64,000 nucleotides of DNA from the human T2T-CHM13v2.0 reference genome, Homo sapiens: the NCBI RefSeq assembly GCF_009914755.1, contig NC_060937.1; one strand, 5' to 3'. Each line of letters begins with the position of its first letter. Position 1 is the first letter of the stretch. The translations under genes and the position numbers were made by a program. Shown here piece by piece: positions 28,652-44,046 of the stretch. Under the pieces are notes generated by a model. It had not been told where the DNA came from and did not search any database. It worked only from the letters and a program-made list of their open reading frames with translations.

Positions 28652-29781
28652 CTCTGTCTTTTTGAAGTTGGACTTTCTCTTTCTCCAAAGCCAGGAACTC
28701 TACTTGTAACATGCCTACCTCATTCTTTTTACTATTATTATACTTTAAATTCTGGTACATGTGCACAATGTGCAGGTTTGTTACATATGTATACATGTGC
28801 TATGTTAGTGACCTTGAAATATCTTGCTGTAAGTTTCTAGCTATATTTTTGATGTTCTCTCACTATGTGGCAAAGAATAACCCGGATTTTATAATTCAAG
28901 ATTCATGGTTTTGTAGTTATTAACACTGGGATTGTCATTCAGTGGATTCTGGAATAAGCATTGTGTTGGTTTTCTGTTTTTATAAGTATCTGTAGCAGCA
29001 GAAATACTGTGGCTTTCTATCTGAATCATATGCTTCATTTCTTTGGGGTGGGTAAACCACAAATCAAAAAGACTTTCTGGATCTATAGACTGAGACCAAT
29101 GCCTAATGTCTAATTTCCAATTAGTGGTATTTGGGTTTATATATTTTTCCATTTGCATGTCAAACTCTTAATCATCTTTCATTTCAATCATAATTACTGG
29201 GTTCCTTACTTTTTCAGTTTCTATATCATAACAAAAATTTTCATCATCTGTGTTAGAAACAAGCTGTGTGTCTGGTTTGTTATCATTTTTATAGTCTGAT
29301 TTATTTTAATTTAAATGAAGCTTAGAAGATGACTGGTAAGTGTATTTCAGGGACCTGGAGTGTGAATGGAATAAAAAGACATTTGACATGGGCTTCCTCT
29401 GTTCAGGCGCTGCCTGGACTGCCACAGAGCTAGACCCTCCAGATACATTTTTCTCCTCACAATCAGGGACATGATTCATCAGACTAGAGGGCACTCCTTT
29501 TTTGTTCATCCCTCTTTAGAGTTACCATGTAGGAGCTCTTCCTCAGGGCAAGCAGTAATTTTGGAGTTTTCAGAACTTTTACCAATATTCAGCTTGAACT
29601 TGTTTGTAATGAATTTTAAAGAAAGTCATGAATATATAGATTGATTCCCCTTATCACTGTTCTTACCCAGTTCTGATTCTTGAGACTTTTTTTGGTGGAG
29701 GGCAGGTGCAAAATGGAAAACAAATTTGCTTGTTTTGTTTCTCAGATGTCTTTTCTGTCAGAGTGCATGTTTTAAAATTAG
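28652..29781 (-). pseudogene. Large degenerate relic exon of CCDC144/ANKRD26 type, heavily disabled
   Basis: Broken ORFs KGVPSSLMNHVPDCEEKN..AAPEQRKPMSNVFL, NTTNWKLDI..KHMIQIESH and KNEVGMLQVEFLALEKEKVQLQK lie in several frames; acceptor ttaaag, weak donor GAG|gttcac. Confidence 0.7.
28731..28812 (-). mobile_element. ~80-bp L1PA extreme 3' end inserted within the relic exon
   Basis: Reverse complement CACATGTATACATATGTAACAAACCTGCACATTGTGCACATGTACC..AAAGTATAATAAT. Confidence 0.85.
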
Positions 29782-30956
29782 CTTTAATCAAGTATAAACA
29801 AAGAAATATTAGAAAATAATTAAAATTTAACTGTGAAACTTAATCTATGTGTTGCTACTCTTAAATTATGGGATTGTAACTAAAAAGTGAAAAATAATTT
29901 ACCTTGGCTTAACATAGGACAGAAACATGAACCAGCAAGCTGAACTCTCAGTGTCTGTTTGGACTAAACTTAATGCATTTGTGTAAAATCTACCAGAAAT
30001 GAATTCAAAGATGATAGGTAGTATTATAAAAGCTTCCTCTCTTACAAAGACTTTACCTCAGCATACCAGAAAGAGTGAGCCCCTACAGTGCATGTTTATT
30101 TCTGAAGATTAACTAGAGCACTAGGCAAACACTAAATTATTAAGAGCTAAACTGAACACCAATAAGAAAGAGAAGCAAAATTTTAAATTCTAATTCAAAT
30201 GATATACTATGATAGTGTTATGTATCTAGATAGAATTTCTGCTTATATCCGCTTCTAATATATTTTAAGTTCCGGTAGTGATAGGGTTTGGATTTTTTAA
30301 ATTTTAGTAATGTTTACTATGTATTTATGTTGAAATAAAGTTATTGTTCACACCCTGACACCAAAGATCCCATTCTGCAAGGTAGGATTCTCTTAATAGG
30401 CAACTGCATTGACTTTTATGACCCCATTCACTCCCTGAACACAGACACAGAAGTCAACTGGTGACCACAAAACAGAATAAATCTTTAACCTCGGCACTGG
30501 TGACCAGCAATATAAAACTGCAACATTTGAAGCACTGGCAATGATGACTCCTTTAACACTAGTTTAACTCAGTGGCCATTGTTGTTAAACTGTTCATAAT
30601 TTCTATTCCTCAGTAATATGACCCAATACTTCATGTTACCTTGTGTATTATGAGTAAGGTTATATAAATAAAACAGCAAGATAATTCTGAAAATTTCTTG
30701 CCTCAATTCCAAGGGTAAAGACAGCTATGAGTTACTAGAGATACTAAGAATTACTAGAATAACTAATAGTTACTAGAGATAGTAAGAATATCTTAAGTTT
30801 CATAACTGGTTAAGATGTTTTAAAAATTACATATAAAATTATGATCTATTGGGTTCTAAAGGTATAGTCTGAAAGGTCATGTCATTTGGACTATGCTTTG
30901 TTAGTAAAGCAAAAAAAAAAACCTAATATTAAACAAGAACTTAAATTTTCATATAC

Positions 30957-31027
30957 CTGTGATTGCTTCTTTTCACTTCTTTCACACCTTTCTTGCTCTT
31001 CCTCTAAAGCCACTGGTAAGGTTTGTT
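30957..31027 (-). pseudogene. ANKRD20A: ANKRD20A-like exon (71 nt, EQTLPVALEEEQERCERSEKKQSQ)
   Basis: gtcaacag|AACAAACC...TCACAG|gtatat. Confidence 0.88.
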
Positions 31028-31540
31028 CTGTTGACAAATTCATTGATTTAGTTCAAATGAACTAAGAAGAGTTAAAGACTATAATCTTTATAAAAATAAA
31101 TAGAGAATAACATTTCTTTGTATTTTATATTTTGAGAGTTTGAATGAAACAATGTTTACTGAAATATTTACTTCTGTAAGAAATACTTCTAATTATCCAA
31201 AACTTCAACAAACCACTTGGGGAGACACCAGATATCACCAGATTCAAGCCATGCAAAATCTCAGGGTCACTCACAAATTGTTCCACCCAACATAAGTCAA
31301 CAAAACTGTTAGAAACAAAACAGAAATTTGAAATACAGTCAAAATATACAATGTAATGCTTTACTATACTTCATAACAGTATCTTTTTAACAAGACACTA
31401 ATTGAGTTGGCAGTTACTAATAATTTGCAAAATTATTGTTCTTTATACCTCAATTAGTGTGCACCCCATTTTTTACATCACAAATGTTTTCCCCTGCTAT
31501 TCTGAAAAATTTATTTTCATCTTTTAAGACTCAGAAAGTA

Positions 31541-31833
31541 GGCTGGGCATAATAGCTCACATCTGTAATCCCAGCACTTTGGAAGGCCAAAATGGGAGAA
31601 TTGCTCAAGGCCAAGAGTTTAAGACCAGCCTGGGAACCATAGGTAACCTTGACTCTACAAAAAATTAAACAGGTATGGTGATATGTTCCTGTTGTCCCCG
31701 CTACTCAAGAAGCTTAGATGAGAAGATCCCTCGAGCCCAGGAGTCTGAGGTTTCAGTGAGTCTCAATCATGTCATTGCACTCCAATCCTGGGTGATAGAG
31801 TAAGAACTTGTCTCCAAAAAGAGGAAAAAAAAA
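31541..31833 (+). mobile_element. AluJ
   Basis: Diverged Alu consensus with A tail. Confidence 0.85.
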
Positions 31834-32380
31834 AGGCTCAGAATGCTTTGTGAAATCTTCCTTGATTCTAGCTATCTTTCTCCACACACACAGGTGTCTG
31901 CTTCGTTGGGGTCCCTTAGTACCTTGTCAATTTTTCTAGTGTCACTTTACCACCTGACCTGCACATCATGTCTTTACATGTTGACCCCTTTGCTGCTAGA
32001 CTGTAGAGGACAATCTTTTGAATCATCTTTGTATAAACAGTCTTAATTTTGCTAAATAATTACTTATTGAGTTCCTGCTAAGTGTTAGGCACTGGGGAAT
32101 AAGGAAGGAAAATAGAAGCTGTCGGGGATGGCTTTCCTAAAGATCATCCATGAGCTGAGACTTAAAGAGTGAGGTTAGCCAGATTAAGCGAGGCAGAGGG
32201 CAGGAAAGGGTGAGCACATGCCAGGCAGCAACAAGAGAAGACAAGAAGCCTCCAAGAGAGTATGTATTTCTCTGCAGAAGAGGAATGGTGAGGGGGCCAT
32301 TACCAGCAGCTCGGTAATTCCAGAGAAAAAGGCAGATGGGGAAAGGGATACAGATGGAGATTTGGGCAGAAATCAGTTTC

Positions 32381-32680
32381 CTTTTCTTTTCTTTTTTGGG
32401 ACAAGGTTATACTCTGTCTCCCAGACTGGAGGGCAGTGGCATGATCTCAGCTTACTGCAACCCGGCCTCCCAGGTTCAAGTAATTCTCCTGCCTCAGCCT
32501 CCTGAGTAGCTGAGATTACAGGTGCGTGCCACTACCACCTGCTAATTTTTGTATTTTATTAGAGATGGGGTTTCACCTTGTTGGCCAGGCTGGTCTTGAA
32601 CTCCTGACCTCAAATGATCCACTTGCCTCAGCCTCCCAAAGTGCTGGGATCACAGACATGAGCCACCGTGCCCTACCCAG
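32381..32680 (-). mobile_element. AluS
   Basis: Reverse Alu consensus. Confidence 0.85.
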
Positions 32681-32944
32681 AAGTCAGTTTCTGAAATCCT
32701 TATATAAACCTTTAAGATGCTTGGACATTAGGTATTCAGGACCGGTTCACGGAACTATTTGCATTAGGGATAATTCACTCTAAATACTATGAGGAGCATA
32801 AAATTCTGAGGCATATAAATCAATGAACAAAGATAAAATATAAGGCAATGTTGCAAAGATGATGCAGGCCTGAGGAGATGTTTTCAGAAATATTTAGGAT
32901 ATAGGTATCAGTGGCCATTATAAGAATGAATTTCTATTGAATAA

Positions 32945-33438
<494 letters not shown>

Positions 33439-35208
33439 CAACATATGGTGATTTTGTTTTAAAAGTTCTGTTTCCTGGATCTACCAAGCTCATGAGAAAA
33501 TAGAGCAAACAAGTCATTTGCATAGGTAAGAAACTTTGGATTTATAGCTTGTCCTCACTACTCTAGAAGATTATCATCATGTTTTGCAAAGCAAAATGTT
33601 AAACACAGACACAAGGGGAAAAAGAAATTAAAACTATAGGGGTGGGTGAAAAAATATTGCATAATTTATTACTGTTGACCTCATCATATGACTGATTAAG
33701 GGCACTGAATTTAACTTGGATGTGAAGTAGACCTCATATTAGCTGCAGTTAATCAGTAGACCAGGCGTCCTAGCAGAATTAAATTTGATGCTCCTGTGTT
33801 ATCTTTAAATGACACAGCTTTTCTGAAAACCCTTACTCATAGCGCATGATTATCCATTAAGAAAAGGTGATGGAATATGTGAATACAGCGGAGGAGACAC
33901 CACAAGGCAAATGCTCAGTGGTTCCCATTAATATTGGGAAAATCAACACTATAAAACAGAAAGCCATAGACATTATTTAATATTTGGTTTTGGGAGGTAT
34001 TTTTAGTGACACTGCATACAGTTGTACCTAATAATTGCTAAATTAGAGACGTAAAAGTAAAACAAAGGCACATTGTGTTTGAGTAGGAAATCTATAGACA
34101 TCTAGCTGGTTTTCCCATCCAGCCACAAAATTCTAAATATAATCATGGAACCTGCACTCAAATTTATGTTAAATACCAACCTCAATGAAATCACTCTTTC
34201 TTCTCATTCTCTTTGTTATTTATATGTTGCTTTCCTTAAGGGAAGAATACAAATGCCTTGCTAAGAACCATTCTGTTTGGTTGTAGGCTGCATAAGGGGA
34301 GTGAACACAAAGTACATTTGACCACAAAATGACTCTTTAAAAGTCAGAACTACGGTAGCATGAAGCCAAACGAGGTAATCTACAATAAAATTTTCTATGC
34401 TTCTTTTCCTTCTTTGCTCTCTTTCTACTCTAATAACTGCGATTCACACAGGTAATGAAGAGTGTAATTCCTTGATAGAAACACAGCTCCAAGATTAATC
34501 CTTTCTTTAACTATGAAGTTCGCGTGTCCAAAATCTGTGGTAGTTGCTGTCTGATTTTTGATCACTGATGGTGATACAGATATTTATCATCAACTCACAA
34601 CTTCCCAAATCTTTGAAAAGTCTTACTATTGATGGTTCAACTAGTAGAAACATGATGTAAAATATCTGAAAATAAAGTTTTTATTTATTAGAATGTAAAT
34701 AATAATACAAATTGTAATAAGGTGTAAAAGTTCTTTCTTCACTGAAGCAGTACCATGTTGTCCTCTACCCCACAAATGCACTACTCCCCCGTGGTCTAAT
34801 GTATTTTAAAAGTCTTGTAATTGCTATTAACTCAGACAAGTTTACTTAACTTGTTCTAAGCTTCTGGTATTTACTACAGTTTACTTTCAATCACTCAACC
34901 ATCTCTGTTATATATGTTGTTTTCCATGAGAAATTTGTTTATTAGTAATTAAGATTCTTCAGGGATAAGAAAATATTTGAATAACTAAGTTTGTGCATAA
35001 ACACATTAAGGTCAAATACCCATGACATTATTGTGTGTTTCTGTGTACTAGAGACAAAAACTTCAAAAAAAATTTAATGAATATACGTTAAATTAAAAAC
35101 TGCTTTCATTAAACTGAGATAATCTTCCCTCAATGCATGAATAACTTCAGAATTCACATAGACCAAAGAATTGTATAAAATATAATAGCCTTAAAAATCT
35201 TATTTGTA

Positions 35209-35510
35209 GCTGGCACAGTGGCTTCCACCTGTAATCCCAGCACATTGGCAAGCCGAGGTGGGCAGATCACCTGAGGTCAGGAGTTCAAGAGCAGCCTGGC
35301 CAAACTGGTGAAACCCCATCTCTACTAAAAATAGAAAAATTAGCAGGGTATGGTAGCACGTGCATGTAGTATCAGCTACTCGAGGGGCTGAGGCAGGAGA
35401 ATTGCTTGAACCCGAGAGGCAGAGGTGGTAATGAGCCAAGACTGAGCCACTGAACTCCAGCCTTGGTGACAGAGCAAGACTCTGCCTCAAAAACACAAAC
35501 AAACAAAAAA
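35209..35510 (+). mobile_element. AluS
   Basis: Alu consensus. Confidence 0.88.
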
Positions 35511-36993
35511 CCTAATTGTTCCCATATAAGTCTATGTTCATACAAGATCTGAAGAGTACACAACACCGTGAGACAGGACAGACATATATTTTAAAAGTTA
35601 TATTCCTGGTTTCTGTAAAAATAAAATAGTTGAATTTAAGCTTTCAAGACAAGTCAACGAAAAGAGCAAAAAATGCAAAAGTGAAACTCGAAAGGTCATT
35701 TCCCCATCAAGGGCTCATGATCACTGGACATTCACAAACTATACTGTTCAAAACATTAGATCTGAATTTTGATCCGAGTATCCCTTTAGTAGCAGTTTCA
35801 TTCAAGGATGTCCAAGAGGTAAAATAAGACAATATCATTTGCTATTTTCAGTTTTCTTTTCTGAGAACAGCTCAGCATTCTTCTTCAGAGAAATGAATTG
35901 TCCTAACTTCATAGGCTAAAGGCTCATGAGTCATAGTTCTAAGGGCATTAATAAAATATGGTGGTGCATGCTTGTATTCTGAACTTTTCAGGTTTAAACT
36001 CTCATATAGTAAATGCTAATAGATACAAACCGATTAAAGAAAAGCCCTCTTAATCTGACATTATTTTTCTTTTTATTTCTTCATTTATCAGCAACAGGAG
36101 AGTCTAACTAAATGTGGTAAAGTGGTATGAGGGAATACAATGAACAGTGTAAAATGAATTAAACCAGAGATAATCACACCAATGTGGGTACAAGTGGAAA
36201 GTATAATACAAAACACACCAAAGAAAGTGGCAGAAAGGTATATAAACTGTATAACCACTCACATACCATTTTAGGACACAAAAAATTCTGCATATTATTT
36301 CTGAGCATCACAATGTAGTTAAAGATTTCAAAAGGGCATTGAAATGAAAAACAACCAACTTATGATGTTGGTAGCCTCTATGCAATCATGTTTTAAAAAC
36401 TTTAACACCAAAAAGGCTCAAAATCACCATTTTAAAAGGCTGTGTCTACCAGTCATAAATGAATCATTACTTTCATCATTTGTAGTAGTCAAAGATGCCA
36501 CAAGCGCACGCATACACACATCTATATATACACCTACACACACAGTCTTACTCATTAGAACATCTGATAGGCTTCAGATCATCAGTGTAATAACACTAGC
36601 AGCAAGCCTCTGAAGTTAAAACAGAAACTGACACTTTAATAAGTAAAGCTTTCCTCTAGGTAAAGATCAGAACTCCAACTAGCACTTAACTCACTGGAAA
36701 TATCTTAAGAGTCTCAAAATTCACTGCTTTGAATCCCTGACAAGTATAAAAATTTTATACTGAAAACTTCATGCTATTCAAAACATTAATACAGAAACAT
36801 CTGACCTAAAGCTTACATTTTTAAAATCTTTTTTATGCTTCTAAATTTGTTTTTATTCAAATATGGATACCAACAATAACATTTATGTCAAAGCCTTCTG
36901 TTCAATATTGAACAAATAGAATTAGGAATAAGAATAATATGAGTACATCCAATCATTGAATGTACTTTATTTACAGTATTCCATTAAATGTAC

Positions 36994-37066
36994 CTGCTCT
37001 CAATGTCTGTACATTCTTTCTTTGTACTGCTCCTTTCACAGCAGGATCTTCCACTTCAGTGCTAGG
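36994..37066 (-). pseudogene. ANKRD20A: ANKRD20A-like exon (73 nt, PSTEVEDPAVKGAVQRKNVQTLRA)
   Basis: cccattcag|CCTAGCAC...AGAGCAG|gtacat. Confidence 0.88.
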
Positions 37067-37157
37067 CTGAATGGGTTTTAAAAGAAAACGATTCATAAAT
37101 CATATATATTTTATACAACATGGAGTTAGTGATTCAAAAATATACATAATTAATTAC

Positions 37158-37186
37158 CTTCAAGGAAGGATGTTTTGCAGGAGGCC
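37158..37186 (-). pseudogene. ANKRD20A: ANKRD20A-like exon (29 nt, GPPAKHPSLK)
   Basis: ctttgtag|GGCCTCC...TTGAAG|gtaatt; the 29/73-nt exon pair is typical of ANKRD20/30/36. Confidence 0.88.
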
Positions 37187-38719
37187 CTACAAAGCAAAGG
37201 GGATATGTCATCAATTATATGTAAGTATGACAGGGCCAACCAAACATTCATGCAGTGTTACTGTCGAGCTGAATTCTCAGGCCTGGCTATAAAAATAATT
37301 ACTTAAGGTTTTGAGGGTTCTTCTTGGCTTCTTCTTTTCATTGCCTAGGACAGCAACATGACAGAAACACAATGAGGAAAATAGGAATATAGGATTCCCA
37401 AAATGCACAGTTTACATTTCGGTAGTGAGATTATGTTTCAAATGCCTATACTTAAAATAGAAAAGCATTGATATAACTGTGAACACGTGGACTGATGAGG
37501 AGAAAAGGGACCATTAAACAGAGGGGCAAATCAAACCTGAGAGAATCAATGTCAAAGCTGATGGTGAATGTACAGAGTATTTTAACTCCACACACCAGAG
37601 GCATTGCTGCCAGCACAGCACAAATAAATTCCCCTTGTCTTGTCACTGAGGAAATACGCAGTTGGGATGACAGTTCAGATGAATGTGGGATTCACCTCTC
37701 ATCAAAGAAAGGGTTCTACATTGATCAGCTAGGATACACACTTATGAAATAACAGCTAATCAAACTACTCATTTTTCCCATGATCACATGGGCTACTGCA
37801 GCACCTACATTTCTCCTATCCCCTCATTTGGCCTTGAATTAGAGCTCCTTGATCCACTCATGCAAGGTGGTCCATAAAACACATCAAATAAACCATGTCG
37901 AATAAGCTTCTGATATCAAAATATTTATCAAAAAAGAAAACATTGAATGACCACAGACTTGCTGGATATTAATACATATTTATATTTCAAAATCAGTGCA
38001 GTATTTATTGAAAATGATAATTTTGGTTTTCATGGAATGAATTTTATGATTACTTCTAAAATTAACTAAGTTTGGTATATTATCTTACACTGTAAAGGAC
38101 TTTTATAAAACAGCTATCATATCAAAGAACTGGCTGTCTCAAAAAAATTTCGCCAAAGCATCTATATGCAAGTTAATCATATCTTATTCACTCATGTCAG
38201 TGAAACTTCTCTCCCTGAGGCCTGACAGTTATCAAGTGAAATGAGCTGCTGTGGTTTACCCCAACTCTAGCACTCCCTCCTGTCTCCAGTACTCTCCACA
38301 GCAATAACCTCTTTTGTGAGACTGGGCATATGCTGAAGCAACTGGAAGTGAGTTGTCTCAAGTTTACTTGGCTTTAACTCCCAAGACCCCAGCAAATGTC
38401 CTTCTTTCCTCCTTTTGTGTCCTTTCACCATCCCTCTTCCTTTGAAAAAATGATTATCAGAACTGTCATCCTGATGCTTCCCTTCCTAACTGCTTTTTAT
38501 GGATGATTGTGACCACTTTTTTCATCTGTATTCAGCAGTAGTATACACCTGTAATCTCTCTTTTTTCATCTCATTTTCCTTCCCCTGTGGCTAGAATCAA
38601 GCTCAGAAATAAAAGGAAATTAAAGCTTTCCCTGGATTCTGTTATTTTTTAAATTGCTCTCCAGTGGTTCTTTTTCCAGATTTCTCTAAAGGAAAGCTAT
38701 TCCCTTGCTATTCAGAGCT

Positions 38720-38850
38720 GTGTCCAAGGACCAGCACAAACATCACCTGAGTGCTCATGAGAAATGCAGACTCCAATACCTGCTGAGTCAGAATGTGCAC
38801 TTTCCAGAAGCTCCTCAACGAATTCATGACAATTTGAATGTCCTGTTCCA
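38720..38850. mobile_element. MER5-like DNA transposon remnant
   Basis: CATCACCTG..GAAATGCAGA..ACCTGCTGAGTCAGAAT. Confidence 0.6.
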
Positions 38851-39572
38851 CACTGGTGTGCTTCCATATTGGTTTACCCTAACTGGCCTTTTTGGCCTAG
38901 CCTCAACTTCTTTCCTATTATGTCCCTGAATTTAATACTACGTTATAAACCATAATGTTTCTAATGAACTTTTAATCAGGCAAAGCTTCTCTAATTAATT
39001 TCTTCCCAATAAATCACCCAACACTATTCTTTTCATTTTCTATAAAAACAAATTATAGCCATACATGGCTGACCATTTACGGTGATGTTCATCTATGGTA
39101 GATAAAACACAGGTCTGCATGGTAAAGTACCTCAATCCTTAATGCCTCCCCAGTAGCGAGAATGACAGCAAGAGAAGGAAAATGTTACTGTAATTATATG
39201 ACACATTTTGGTACTGGAAGCTCACTTTATCTTCCTTCCTATTTCTAACACCCTGTTCTTCCTTCTTCTACAGATCAATTTGACTTTACTACCCTCCATT
39301 ACATACATCCACTCTTTTTTATTTATTCCATGTACACTCTTCCCTCCTCATTCTTTCTTTCTCTTTTATTCATTTCCTCTTCCCTCTCTCCTGACTTGCC
39401 TCAGGTCTTAGAGTATGTTAAAATGGAACTCATAACTCAGCTCCTTTAGTGGTACTTCCAATAGAATCAACTGCTGACCCTTGGTTAGAGACACCACTTA
39501 TCACCATTTCATTTCTCTTTTACTTATGATACAGTTAATAGGACATTTTCTTTAGCTATTAAACTCTATTAG

Positions 39573-39900
<328 letters not shown>

Positions 39901-39938
39901 TCCATCAAATGACTTTTTAAATAAAATACGGTTCTCAC

Positions 39939-40023
39939 CTTTTCCTTTTCCATTGACTATTCTGTTTCCTTTTTCATGAGAAGGTCCACGTAAAGGCTCT
40001 GACACTTTCTCGGGGACACACTG
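39939..40023 (-). pseudogene. ANKRD20A: ANKRD20A-like exon (85 nt, QCVPEKVSEPLRGPSHEKGNRIVNGKGK), NAGNAG acceptor
   Basis: ccttag|CAG|TGTGTCCCC...GGAAAAG|gtgaga. Confidence 0.88.
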
Positions 40024-40094
40024 CTAAGGTAATATCAAGAATTAGTTTCCATTTAAAATTATAATGAGTTGCATCAAGAGTTTCTTATCAATCT

Positions 40095-40773
<679 letters not shown>

Positions 40774-41094
40774 TCAATGAAATATGAGCTTAAGCCAAGA
40801 AAGAAAACGAAAAGCATGAAGTATAATAAAGTACATGGGGAAATAGATCTATAACAGAGCCTTCGGTCTTTCATAACTCTGATAATACTAATTAATATTT
40901 ATGCTGCAATTAGTTTTTTGTAAGTACTTCTGTGATAGTGTTTCTTACTATAAGACATTCAATTAGCTAAATATGGTCATCTACCATTACCTGAAAGAAC
41001 ATTATTATAACAGAGAGAGAAAACTGGAACTTTCCATCAACTTTCCACCCAGAAAAAGAATTTGTCACCAGAATTCTAAAGAGTAATGTATGGC

Positions 41095-41866
41095 AGACAC
41101 ATGAAAAAATGCTCATCATCACTGGCCATCAGAGAAATGCAAATCGAAACTACTATGAGATATCATTTCACACCAGTTAGAATGGCAATCATTAAAAAGT
41201 CAGGAATCAACAGGTGCTGGAGAAGATGTGGAGAAATAGGAACACTTTTACACTGTTGGTGGGACTGTAAACTAGTTCAACCATTGTGGAAGACAGTGTG
41301 GAGATTCCTCAAGGATCAAGAATTAGAAATACCATTTGATCCAGCCATCCCATTACTGGATATATATGCAAAGGATTATAAATCATGCTGCTATAAAGAC
41401 ACATGCACATGTATGTTTATTGTGGCACTATTCACAATAGCAAAGACTTGGAACCAACCCATATGCCCATCAATGATAGACTGGATTAAGAAAATGTGGC
41501 ACTTACACACCATGGAATACTATGCAGCATAAAAAAATGATGAGTTCATGTCCTTTGTAGGGACATGGATGAAGCTGGAAACCATCATTCTGAGCAAACT
41601 GTTGCAAGGACAGAAAACCAAACACCACATGTTCTCACTCATAGGTGGGAACTGAACAATGAGAACACTTGGACACAGGATGGGGAACATCACACACCAG
41701 GGCCTGTCATGGGGTGGGGGGAGAGGGGAGGAATAGCATTAGGAGATATACCTAATATAAATGACGAGTTAATGGGTGCAGCACACCAACATGGCACATG
41801 TATACATATTAACAAACCTGCACGTTGTGCACATGTACCCTAGAACTTAAAGTATAATAATAATAA
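41095..41866 (+). mobile_element. 5'-truncated primate L1PA (ORF2 C-terminus plus 3'UTR) with an 18-bp TSD
   Basis: [37 protein letters not shown]; TSD TAAAGAGTAATGTATGGC at 41077-41094 and 41867-41884. Confidence 0.95.
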
Positions 41867-42235
41867 TAAAGAGTAATGTATGGCTTGAAACGGTATATTT
41901 AATGGAACATGAGTTGGGTCTAATAAAAAGCTTAAGAAATGTTAATCTAAAATCTCAATGTTAAGATTCCAGTTGAATGATACTAGAAAATATATTGTAA
42001 CCCTCTTTGCTACCGATGACCTATTTCTCTTTTATTTCCTTTTTAATTATGGCATAATTTCTCAACATAACATGTCAAAACTTACACACCCTTAAATATT
42101 AAAAAATAATACAATGTAAGCAATATTTTAAATACAATATTTAATGATTAGATACATTAGGTTTATTATATTACTTATAACATTCCATTATATAAAAATT
42201 CATTTGTTTATTTATTCAGATTAAACAACTATTAA

Positions 42236-42530
42236 GGCTGAATGTCTCATGTCTGTAACCCCAGCACTTTGAGAGGCTGAGGCGAGCAGAACACTTGAGC
42301 CCAACAGTTAAAGAAGAGCCTGGGCAACAAGGCAAAACCCTATCTCTACAAAACTCAGCCCAGCATGGTGACACAGGTCTATGGTGACATAGCTCTATTG
42401 TTTCAACTACTTGGATGGCTGAGGTGTGAGGATCACCTGAGCCTAGGAAATGGAGATCGGAGTGAGCCAAGATCTCACTAGTGCCCTCCAGCCTGGGTGA
42501 CAGAGTGAAACCCCATCTCAAAAAACAACA
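42236..42530 (+). mobile_element. AluJ-like
   Basis: Diverged Alu consensus. Confidence 0.8.
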
Positions 42531-42710
42531 AGTAAAATGCTTCTTACATGGAAGACTGTATTCTAGGTACTCCAGGATACACACAAATATGTTTACTGAC
42601 CTCCAGTAGCTTATGGTATGCAGGAGCTTCCAATGATCATTTAAAAAACTAAATAGAAAACCTTCTGACATTCAAACTTTCAGAATATGATATAAGGACT
42701 TTGAGTGGTT

Positions 42711-43049
<339 letters not shown>

Positions 43050-43976
43050 TAAACTACAATGACAAAATTATGATGATAAAGACTTACCATATTGGTATTA
43101 AGAGTCTCTGCTTCTAGAACTGGTTATTTGCAGGAAAATACATGTTATTCAATTAGATGAAGTGTTTTATATAAACTCTTCATGGACAACTCATAAATCA
43201 CATAAAAATCCCTTTGCAATACAAATCTTGAGAACATAAATTTAAATTTCTACATTTCCACAATTTATATTTTTAAATCAGATACAATGTTGCCCAGGCT
43301 GTTCTCAAACTCCTGTGTTCAAGCAATCTTACTGTCTCAAACTCCCAAGTAGCAGGGACTACAGGTGTACACCACCAAACTCAGCTATTTTTCTACAATT
43401 TTTAATACTTTTTTAGTCTCACTACAGAACCAATAATATAAGTAGAGAAACAATCTCTCCTAAAAACTATATGACACCAAAATGATAAGTTTCCAAGAAC
43501 AAAAGCTATATGCTATGTGCTGAACATTTCTACCACTAAAAATTACCAGGAGGATTCCATGATTACTGCAAACAATTTGATCCACTGAAGATTTATACAG
43601 GAATAAATATTAAGAAAGTCACACTCATATGATTTAAAAGTCAAAGTAGTAGTATTTATCCAAATAAACTTTAACCAAATTTCATATTTCCTCTATTGGA
43701 GAAAGCATTTCCTAATGTGATTTTCCTGTGACTACTTGTTTTCCAGTTCATTTATTTTTCAGCTCCCACCCTGTCACAGTACTTACCAATCTTTATTAGT
43801 TACCAAAGTTAAACACATTTTTTGAATCAACTAGCCATGTGTATGTTTTTCTCTGACCAGCTTTCCATTACCACCATAAAACAATGATAGGTAAACCACT
43901 GCTAAATTTGAAAAGTAAATACTATGCAAAACTACACTCAGAGTGAGAAGATTAATTTTACAAGAGACCACTTTAC

Positions 43977-44046
43977 CTTAGTAGCAACACTCAAGTCTTC
44001 ATCATCCAATGTAGGCAATGAATCCACACACAGTTCATGCAAAATG
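43977..44046 (-). pseudogene. ANKRD20A: ANKRD20A-like exon (70 nt, ILHELCVDSLPTLDDEDLSVATK)
   Basis: ctctcaag|CATTTTGC...GCTACTAAG|gtaaag; phase matches both neighbours. Confidence 0.88.

Noticed and set aside
41086-41843. 148-aa and 92-aa ORFs
   Set aside because: L1 ORF2 C-terminus and 3'UTR of a truncated element.
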